In this document: positions 41,747-51,722 of the stretch, piece after piece
How the letters are laid out: each line of letters opens with the position of its first letter
Numbering within the stretch: position 1 is the stretch's first letter
Assembly: GCA_903813345.2 (NCBI GenBank)
Contig: CAIIXF020000001.1
Span: forward strand, 24,862,001 to 24,926,000
Source: Owenia fusiformis
Lineage: Eukaryota
Length of the DNA: 64,000 nt
Direction of reading: 5' to 3'
Program-made: the position numbers and the translations under genes
Notes under the pieces: model-generated
Databases searched by the model: none
What the model was told of the DNA's origin: nothing
Seen by the model: the letters and a program-made list of their open reading frames with translations, nothing else

Positions 41747-43598
41747 CACGGGGTACCATCGAATAATTTTGGCAACGTACCGGAGAACGAAATTTTACTA
41801 AGAAATGGCAATAATTCAGCACAATATATTTTTTAACTAGAGTTCTATTTTGATTTTGACAAAAGTAAGTATTCCATGCAATAACTATTTCATTCATGAG
41901 TTTGTAGGAATTCTGTTGGAACCCAGTTCTGATCAAGGGAAAGATCAATACCCGGTGATTTCAGCGGGAAGTGGCGTTTCGTTCATTGGATGAGCTGCGC
42001 GCGCACGCATAAATGTGATTATCCAATATAATTAGGGGAGGGCTATTTGAAGTAGTTTTTGGTCTCAGGCGCGACCCAGGGCTGTTGTCTTAAGGACATT
42101 TCGTTGAAAATGAGCCATTCGGCTGATAATTGGTAAGAGTTTGCGATCTTATAATGTATAACTGTTACTCAGACACATATTTTGACACGATTCTGTTGGA
42201 AATAAGCTTTGAACCGAGAGATATTCACGATTGATATGCACATTTTTGATTGTGCCATTGCTTTTCTATTGCACAACCCATGTATTGATAGAAGAAACAT
42301 TAATAATACAGATTGGTTTACCTTCAATACATGGCAGACACTACATATCGGTCTATTAATACCAGTTTGTGCCTTAAATAGTTTTATATTTCCATCCACG
42401 GCCTGGAGCCTGGGTGTGTTTGTCTCTTATGTGTATGCTTGTGCATGGACTTCTAATCACTAGCAGAATTTAACATGATGCAAACTCGACATTATAACTC
42501 ATGCTGTAACATTTTGACTTCGCTGGAAAACAATAGGAATTATTTTTCTTGCCAATCAATCATGAATCACAATCAAAATTTCAGAATGATCAATCAGGCA
42601 ATGATCCAAATCAAGTTATAACATTATATGATATTCAGCAAGAAGTCCGGTAGAAATACAGAATATTTAAACATCAAAGCTGAAAGTTGAAAGCTAATCT
42701 GTCAATTTTCTGTCTGCAAAAGAGCGTCCCAAGAGCGTTTACATTTGACACAATAACAGACTGAGGCCTTGAAATCTAGGATTCCCCAGGAAAATATGAC
42801 GTCATACTAATTAGCATAAGGATTTCCCTATTGGGGTGGGTCGAGCCTTGTTCGAAAACACAATCCATAAATACATGCTAATTTCTAAGGAGATAGGAAG
42901 TGTATAACGTGTTTATCGATTTTGTTTAAAGATTTAATCAATTATCAAATTGTTTAAGTGGATAAAGTGGTCACACTTGCTTCAATTCATAGCGAAATCG
43001 ACGGATAGAAACTGACCGAATTCCCGATATCCTACCCCGTATTACTGTAGGCTATAAGCACAGTGACCTACAGAGGGCGCTATCACAAACAAGTACTGGA
43101 CGAACCGATAAATTCCCGGGTATTGTAACGCCCTTGTTCTGATCAAGTACGAAGTTATTGAAATCGGCGCAGACGGACTTTACTCCGAAAGATGGTTTTT
43201 CGATTATAACTTTTCACAACATTTAAGTATAGACTTTTAATTAAACAAATCAGAGTCGTGTGAATCAGAAATAACAGAATTATTCAATAGTATAAGGACT
43301 ATTCTGTACTTTTATCAAAAGTCTATACTTAAATGTTGTAAAAAGTTATAATCGAAAAACCATCTTTCGGAGTGAAGTCCGACTGCGCCGATTTCAATAA
43401 CTTTGTATTTGATCAGAACTGGGTTCCAACAGAATTTCTACAAACTCATGAATGAAATAGCCATTGCATGGAATACTTACTTTTGTCAAAATCAAAGTAG
43501 AACTCTAGTTAAAAAATATATTGTGCTAAATTATTGCCATTTCTTAGTAAAATGTCGTTCTCCGGTACGTTGCCAAAATTATTCGATGGTACCCCGTG
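41747..43598. mobile_element. Young foldback element with CAC...GTG termini and a 5-bp TSD (Transib/RAG-like signature)
   Basis: GTTAT|CACGGGGTACCATCGAATAATTTTGGC ... GCCAAAATTATTCGATGGTACCCCGTG|GTTAT. Near-identical arms 41747-41933 and ~43410-43598 continue inward as ~43144-43235 and ~43315-43410. Confidence 0.85.
41934..43136. mobile_element. 1.2-kb non-autonomous insertion with CAAGGG...CCCTTG ends and a 7-bp TSD (P-superfamily-like)
   Basis: TTCTGAT|CAAGGGAAAGATCAATACCCGGTGATTT ... AAATTCCCGGGTATTGTAACGCCCTTG|TTCTGAT. Removing it restores the symmetry of the host foldback. Confidence 0.8.
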
Positions 43599-44084
43599 GT
43601 TATAGATCCCTACAATATCAGTATTTTTAATTTAATTGGTCAAAAGTTATGGTTTCTAAGGTAAATTGACTTTTGGGTAGGCGGGGCACTTTTACGTCAC
43701 TGTATTCCATAGAAAAACAGCCAATGTTACGATTGAATCACCTGGAGTTCCTTTTAATTTCTTTTCTATGTACATATCTGCTATTACTTCTCAGAGTCAC
43801 ATGTATCGTTGCGAGGTGTTCAAGTACATTCCCTTGTGTTTAATGCACAGTCGCTGGTGTCGAACCCATTGGTGATAGTATGCTTGGAAGCTTTTGGGAA
43901 AACTTGGAAGGGCGATCTGGAACTGCACTTGAAAATTCTTGCATTATTCCATACCATACATGTCTTAACTCATCCTTCATCCTGTTAAATCAAGGATTGC
44001 ATCATAGCATCTTTAACATACCCTTTCCAAATAATAACATACATAACATCGTTTCTTGGTTAATTTGGTCTGTCCTCCAAGGCA

Positions 44085-44805
44085 GATCTGGTCTGTTTAA
44101 GCTTTTCCTCTTTAGGAATTTCAGTCATCTTTGAATCTCTCAAGTGTGACTTTTGTTTGATGATGTCATGAGCAATCATGTATGATATAAAGTTTACTAG
44201 AATTGTGATTGTGATATCATTTAGTTGTACTACGTATACATTCACTATTTGTAATTTAAACGAGAAGAAATAAAATATAGCAGGGAAATAATAAAATGTT
44301 TGTTGGATGTTATGTGAAAATTGCATTAACAAATATTAGAACATATATTATTCATGTGTAATTTGCCAAAAGCTCCCTCAGAATGTGTCCTTAACTAGAA
44401 TATTTTGAATAGCAGTCAGTCATTGAACATGTTGAAAACATGATCATGTCGCTCTTGTGAATTTAATTCTCCTGCATTTGTGCTGTCAAATAATTGGTAA
44501 TCTCCTAACATTTAGATATCATCTATGCTCATAATAATTTTTGAGTCATTAATTTACGAAATAAGAATTCTTTTAAGAAGTAGCTAAAATACTTTTAATA
44601 ACTCATTATATTATGGCAGCTGTGATCTGTTAAAGCTTCTCTTCTTTTTGTATTTCAGTCATCTTTGAATCTCTCAAGTGTGATTTTGTTTGATGATGTC
44701 AATGAGTAATGATGTGTGATATGAAGTTTACTAGAACATAGATTATGATGTCACATAGTTATTCTTATTTTACGATTTGTAATTCAAACAGAACAAATGG
44801 AATAT
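44085..44805. repeat. Diverged ~200-bp direct duplication (~44085-44285 and ~44622-44805)
   Basis: Both copies share ATTTCAGTCATCTTTGAATCTCTCAAGTGTGA.TTTTGTTTGATGATGTCA...AAGTTTACTAGAA. Confidence 0.75.
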
Positions 44806-47800
44806 ACAGGGTGGGCCAAAACTAGTACATTCTGTGACGTAAAGTGCCCGCCTACCGAAAAGTCAAGTTACCATAGTAATCATCATTTCTGACCAATCAA
44901 ACTAGAGATGCTAATATTCTAGGACCCAATAACAAGACATTTTTGGATACTTTGTGAAAATTTCATAAAAATTATTAAAAACCTTTGAAATGGGTTACCT
45001 GTATTTACAGGCGAGCAGGCGACCCAGGCGGGCGCTTTTATTTTTTTCATAGGGGTGGTAGGATCAAAAACACATTCCAAAATTATTTTATTGCATGATT
45101 ATGTTTGAGATTCTGTCGTCGTGTAACTATATTGCTAACCACAATTGGAAAAAGTTCCCTACCCGAATAAAAATAAAAGTAACTAAATTGTCGTTGAAAA
45201 TAAGAAATCGTGTTTACTGAAGCAAGGTTGGGATGTGTAATTGGGAGGAATCAGGGCAATCCGCGCGAGGTTCGTTTTTTCTTGCTCTTCACAAGATACG
45301 CAAGTAGCAGCAAATTGGAATCTGTTAAAAAAACGAGAGTGATAGCGATGTATGGGTCTGGTCTACTGCGCGCTGATTGGTCAACAGTGATCAGTGACGT
45401 CAGGGTCAAGTGAGGTCACCTGCTTGACCACTGAGAACATTAAATTTAGAGAAAATCGGGACAAACTGAGCATGGCATAAGTAAACTGAACAATATTGCA
45501 AAATATTACACAGGATTTAAAAGGCCGAAACTGTTTGGAAAGTTCCTAAATTTAGTGTAATTAAAATCTTGAACGGAAGTTAAAAATCCAGTGTCCTTGA
45601 CCTGACCGGAAGACGACAACAACAAGATAGGTCCAACAAGATAATGCAGCAAACTCTTTGTCAAGATCTGCTTGGAGAAAAAAGTTGCCTAGCCCTGATA
45701 CCCCGGCCTGATACCATCAGTAGTGTAAGGCACTGAACGATACCATATTCTTGTTTGTTTTATTGTTGGTTAGGTAGCACGCCTGTGACGTCACAAACGA
45801 TTGACAAGAATTTAAACCTACTTCAGTTAACTTGATTTCTTATTTTCAAGGTATGAGTACCGTAATCCAACACCAAATTCGAAAATTCATAACAATACTT
45901 TGCAAATATGGCGTTCGCTTACCCCCTATAGTGTTATATATCAAAATGTACCTGTTCATATAGGGGTTCGATTGATGTACATCAAATTATAGGGAGTCGG
46001 GTTACTTTTTGAGATATCAGCGTCCATTTATTGTAACTCGCGTTTGCTACCATTTCCTCAATTCTGAGATGACGGGCAAACGCGTAGTAAACATGCTCAC
46101 GTCGGAACTATTTTGACCTACATCGCTATTTTCGTAATTCAAATGAAAGTTGAACTCCTCCTCTTTATTTTGATACCAAATAGTGGCATACTAGGTACCC
46201 TAGAAGCCAACTATGGCGTAATTTAGAATAATACCACAGGTTTTTAAATGGACTATATACCTGGTAAAAAAACATCTTGCAGTTGTACTCAAACCATTTT
46301 AATTGATTTCGATATATTTATGTGACCTTAAAGGCCACACTTAACGATGGTGAACCATCAACAATTCCAAAAGTTCATTTTATCATGATATCGGGGATAT
46401 AAAGTCAGCACGTGTCTGTTTTCGGGGCAAAACTGATTTCATTTTCAGAGCAGAAATTTTACATCACGTGACATGATGTGTGTAGTTGAAACAATTTGCC
46501 GCGAAATACGATTTTGTAGATAAACTTAAACCATGGCCTTCAAAAACGAGTTATTCGCTCTTATGTTGAGCCAATTATTGCATGATTGAGGCTATTCTCA
46601 TCAATTTCGCAAAGGGTATAATATCACTTGCAATTGAGTGCGGAATCAATCGAGCTGAAACGCTATTGCCAGTGTTTGGGGATTAAAACTTTTTAACCCG
46701 AATGTAATGCTTTAAGGCCAAAATATAATTACTGGGTGGTTAACATATTCAGTTATTGATATACCGGTTTAACAAATGCATTTCGATCAATTCCTTGTAT
46801 ATGTAATGAATAATATTGCACTGCTCTTTCCTCAGGAATTTCTTTTTGTGAAGTTCAATCAATTAAAAATATTTATGTGACTATTTGAATGCGTGCGAAT
46901 GTGGAACTAATTTATATTTCTACTTTGGTTCAGCCTTCGTAGTAGTTTACAGCAACAACTTTTCGATTTAGCGCCAGAATAACTTGGCACACGGTACGTC
47001 ATGGTCAGGTAACCTCAAAAATTGCGCAAAAACAACATTTCAGAGGTTGACAGTCTTATCTTAGTAAATCGTGTTGTGTGGGGAAATATCACAAGCTTTG
47101 TAGTCAAAATAACAAAAGGGATGCTATTTGTGCTAAAAACAAGACAATAAGAGATTCTTCATTTGGTTTGAGTACAACTTTAACTGCAACTATTTCCACT
47201 GCTAGAAAAAAATGAACAAAGAATTATTATTTCACTCTGAATGCATTGCACGTCGTAAAATCCATTGAAAAGAAAACTTTATTATACTTTTAGTGCAAAC
47301 ACATTGACTAAATTTAGTGGTGAAAGGTGTACAGGGTGACTAAATTATTTACATGCGATTAAATATTCTTCTTGTTAGGGTCAATTTAAAAATGTGTCCA
47401 CTTTCGACAGAAAAGAAAATTTCCGTGTCAACCAAAGGGTTACACATCATTTGTACCAATCACATTCTTTTAGGTTCCTGTTAAGCTGCATTTTGTGAGT
47501 GCAGAGGTTGAGATCATTAATAATGAGGAAGTGACTTCTGTTTTTGGAACAACATTCAATGCAATTACACACAGTGCTTTCAGGTGCCCTCATACCCCAT
47601 TCTAAGAAACCTCCCAAGATAGAAAAGCTGATCATTATTTCCATTTAGGTGTTTAAAAGTTCTCCTTTCTAGCTCTTCTAAATCATTTTTATATATTCGA
47701 CTTTGATACCACATGCCATGTAGTGCTTGACTGTGCATTCTGCTGTCTTAACGATTTCTTGAAAATTCGTCCAACAGAATTTTGTACAGCGTTTGAGGTG

Positions 47801-48643
47801 TTCTTGCTCAGAGGCCAAGCATTTCAGTCATCTGATTTTTACTGGGTGTTTTTACAATTGCTTATTCTTCATTTTTCATTTAGAATATTAAATGATGACT
47901 TTGATTTCACGTCTTTTTGGAATTTATTGCTAAATTTCTCATAAAATCTCAAAATACGATCTTGTCAAAATGTTGATTTTCCGAAAATTGGACACATTCT
48001 AAGATCATCAATGATATCACAAATAATCAATTTTATGAAACAACCTTTATATCATATTATCATCCATAGATTCCAGTTTATGGACATAAAAAATTGGGTT
48101 GATAGGATAGGTTTTTCAGAAAGTATTACACTTTAAGAGGGTTTTGTTTTTTGGGTCACCTTTTATTTAATTCATAATCTAAGTATTCGGTCTTTTGTAA
48201 AGCAACATTTCACGTTTTATAATAAGACGTGTAATCAAACCCCATTAAAACATTTTCAAGTTCAGGTTTTAAAGTTGTTCTTTTCGTAGATTGTTCTTAA
48301 AAAAGATGGCCTCGTCTTAGCTGGATTTGGTGAAAAAAGTTCACTTACCCCCAGTCTTAACAAACTGGAATGCATACCACAATGGCATTTGGGAAACCAT
48401 TGTGCAAATTTCTATTTTTATAGCCCCGCCTTCACGCGATGTTATCACGTATATGGTAATAGGCATAATAGGCTTCCGACAAATTAAGTGATGATGAAAA
48501 AGATTGACATTTTCAATGCTGGTTCATTTTTTCTGCCAATGAACAGCCTTTGAGTTAAAAGTAAACCAAGATTAACGTGTGAGGAAAGGAAAACACAGAT
48601 GTAATCAAATCGATTTTGTTTGATACGTCGTAGAATGGATTAT

Positions 48644-48674
48644 TATAAATCTTTAAATATGTAGAGGAATCAGT
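48644..48674 (+). promoter_or_regulatory. Candidate Pol II core promoter (TATA box plus initiator)
   Basis: TATAAA at 48644-48649 and TCAGT at 48670-48674 (A at 48672, so TATA is at -28), 10 nt upstream of an ATG. Confidence 0.55.
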
Positions 48675-48681
48675 GAACATC

Positions 48682-48733
48682 ATGGCGATTGCAACAACAA
48701 TAGTGCCACTCCTCCTTGTGGTGTTATCAACAA
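48682..48733 (+). CDS. Candidate first coding exon: signal peptide MAIATTIVPLLLVVLST
   Basis: Good start context (ATCATGG), hydrophobic core IVPLLLVVL, and donor A|GTATGA in phase 1, which matches the acceptor at 51722/51723. Confidence 0.6.
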
Positions 48734-50372
48734 GTATGAACTTTTTCTTTTCAATATTTTTTCATAATTAGTCTAAATTACACGCGACGGAATTTTGATT
48801 TTGAAATTTCAAAAATGCGTCAGTAAACAAATACATTTGCTTCAATTGACTTACATATACTATATATGCTAAGTCTATTGTTAGCTTTTGTTATATTTTT
48901 CTAAATTATTTGGTGACTGCATAAGTCTCCTGCAACTCAGTTGACGATTAAGAATTAAAAACTTCATTGTTTACTATATAAAAAATTGTCTATATAGTAT
49001 AAGGGCATGCGTTAGAATTGGTTTGCTGTTCAAAAATGTTGCATTTATAGACTTGACTTGACGTTGTCTGCATGTTTCAAAATATTTCTCTTGATTTAAC
49101 TTTAAGCCAATTTTCGTGATTCTTGCAAATGGAGTAAGTATTTATTTTTTCATTCTTGACCTGTCATTTTACATCATCCACAAAACAGATGTCAATTGCA
49201 AAGTACACGTGAATAACAATGTTTGTGCCTTTCAATTTTGTTAATTACTTCTTTGTTTTGTGTAGGTCAAGATTGTCGCTATATAATTAATTAGTTAATT
49301 AAGAGTTCTGTTGTTCAGAATTTTCGATCCGTTTGTGGCATTCTATAATAATATTACATTCAGGATGTGCCGATATCTTATCTACTTTTTTAAAATACTC
49401 GTGTATATAGTATATATCTGAAAAGAACTATCAGATGTTTTTGCTAATGTGGGCTAATCAATAACTTCCGTGCACATGCATTAATAATTTGGGCTTCTAT
49501 CAAAATTCATTACCCTTCTAACTCTCAATGATTTGGGCGTTGTATGAAATTATGAAAAATTCTTGGTAATCATTTTAGACGGCAAGAAATCTGGGTGTTA
49601 TCTGAATAACCCCAGTGACCCATAATATAAAACGCCAAGCCCAAATGTATTCAGCAAATGAATAAGTTTCATTCATCTTGAGTTCTTTGAGCAATGGAAT
49701 TATTTGAATTGTAGGTTCTCTTTGTTAATGTCATGTCATACACCGTGTACAATTGATGTATGGAACAAGCTATGTATACCTTGTATGAAAGAAAGTGGTA
49801 ACATAAGCATGCTTGTTCTTACAACACGGAAGTTATACTCTCATATAAAAAGCATCCAAGTGAAATGAATTTCTCATTTACTTTTTTTGCCCATAGAATG
49901 TCTTCTTTAAAATAATATTTATTGACATTGACATCCCATGCCCCATAGATAATATTAGCATCTGGTATTCTTAACATAGAGGTCAATGTCACGTTATAGA
50001 TGAACTAAACATGGATATTAATGTGACATTTGGATTGAGATGGTAGAATGTTGGAAGAACTATTTTCAAAATTCTATTTCCTGGAATACCTGACCCATTG
50101 CAAGCCTAAATTCATGAGAATGATTTTGCCTCAAACGATTTCAAGTGGAACGCTTATGATAAAGTAGTTGGAACAATAAAACTTATTACAAAATGATATG
50201 AAATGACTAACAATTTTTCGAAATGTATTCAGTCTAAATAACCTACTCGTTCTGGTTGCTTTTAATTTGATTCTAAACTGTAGAACGTAAAATAAACAAT
50301 ACAATTGGAGTAACGTCGACGTAACATTCAAAGTGATCAAAGAATTACTTAACTTGATTAACATGGGTGACA

Positions 50373-51660
50373 TTTTTATCGCACCCTAAGGTGCTTTATT
50401 GTAATCAGCCGGGCGGTTGGGAGGTCGGACAGGCGGTCGGGCGGGCGGGCCGGGCGTCCCGAATAATCTTGTCTACAGGTTTCCAGCTAAACAGTTTGAG
50501 GGATTAATTTGAAATTATCAGGGATGTTTCCACCTATGAAAGTTTAGAACTGATTAGTTTTTCGGCATTCTTGGTAAATGTTAAGCGGCGATTTTGAATT
50601 TTCCGTCCTAAAATCTTGTCTGTCAAGGCTTGTCTACAGGTTTCCAGCCAAACCGTTTGATGGATTCATTTGAAATTCTCAGGAATGTTTTTACTTAGGT
50701 AAGTTTAGAACTGATTAGATTTTCGGCATTCTGGGTAAATGTTAAGGCGGCCATTTTGGATTTTCCGTCCTAAAATCTTACCTGTCAAGGATTGTCTACA
50801 GGTTTCCAGCCAAACTGTTTGAGGTATTCATTTGAAATTATCAGGGATGTTTCCACCTATGAAAGTTTAGAACTGATTAGTTTTTCGGCATTCTTGGTAA
50901 ATGTTAAAGCGGCGATTTTGAATTTTCCGTCCTAAAATCTTGTCTGTCAAGGCTTGTCTACAGGTTTCCAGCCAAACCGTTTGAGTGATTCATTTGAAAT
51001 TCTCAGGGATGTTTCTACTTATGTAAGTTTAGAACTGATTAGATTTTCGGCACTCTGGGTAAATGTTAAGGCGGCCATTTTGGATTTTCCGTCCTAAAAT
51101 CTTGTCTGTCAAAGGCTTGTCTACAGGTTACCAGCCAAACTGTTTGAGGGATTCATTTGAAATTCTAAGGGATGTTTCTACCTATAAAAGTTTAGAACTG
51201 ATTAGTTTTTCGACATTCTAGATAAATGTTAAGACGGCAATTTTGGATTTTCCGTCCTAAAATCTTGTCTGATAAATGTTAAGGTGGCCATTTTGGATTT
51301 TCCGTCCTAAAATCTTGTCTGTCGTGGCTTGTTTACAACTTTGATCTTAGATCATATTGTAGTAAAATGAGTTTCTGGAGTACAGTATTTAAGCTTCGAG
51401 TATTGCCAATTACAAGGTTATATGAACTCAAGAAGTGTATCACTTGATTCAGGAAAATCTGAATTGTAGAAAAAAAGCTGATACACTGTGAACTATAAAT
51501 ACCTTAAAACGTTGCTCTTGAGGGTAGTTTTCAGGTTTCATGGAATTGATTAGTTTTTAGGCAGTCTGGGTAAATGTTAAGGTGGCCATTTTGAATTTTC
51601 CATCCCGAAAAGTGTATTCTGTTCAAGGGTGCGATTCTGTTCACCGTGTGGCTTATTCTA
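50373..51660 (+). mobile_element. Helentron-associated non-autonomous element carrying an internal satellite array
   Basis: T-run, ATCGCACCCT (50378) with hairpin GCACC..GGTGC, a (GGGC/GGTC)n microsatellite, and the matching subterminal inverted repeat AGGGTGCGAT (51626-51635). Confidence 0.75.
50468..51340. repeat. Tandem array of ~5 x 162-bp units plus partial units
   Basis: GTCTACAGGTT recurs at 50471, 50632, 50794, 50956 and 51119. Confidence 0.9.
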
Positions 51661-51722
51661 AATACTTTATAAACTCATAGATCTGAAACCTGTGCAAGTA
51701 AACATTTAACATTTATTTGAAG

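Larger units (their letters stand above)
41672..45003. mobile_element. Old Tc1/mariner-derived region hosting nested insertions
   Basis: 41672-41746 joined to 43604-43700 is an inverted copy of ~44830-45003, which ends ...ACCTG-TA. TA-CAGGGTGGGCCAAA occurs at ~44806. Minus-strand 43800-44060 resembles a decayed transposase C-terminus (..RLCIKHKG..). Boundaries are approximate. Confidence 0.5.

Noticed and set aside
41663-41766. Non-repetitive C-terminus of the 5523-aa ORF as a real domain or membrane anchor
   Set aside because: It is read-through into transposon-derived sequence, including the start of the foldback TIR.
43059-43093. RSS-like CACAGTG...ACAAACAAG, overlapping a CTCF-like CAGAGGGCGCTA
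   Set aside because: The spacer is 19 bp, not 12 or 23. It lies inside the P-like insertion rather than at an element end, and a single heptamer is expected by chance in 64 kb.
47474-47605. Short open stretch VPVKLHFVSAEVEI... after an acceptor-like site
   Set aside because: It is phase 0 and so incompatible with exon A. It may be decayed transposase, but I cannot assign it.
50468-51340. Regular repeats considered as a CRISPR array
   Set aside because: The whole units are homologous, with no unique spacers and no cas genes, and the context is eukaryotic.
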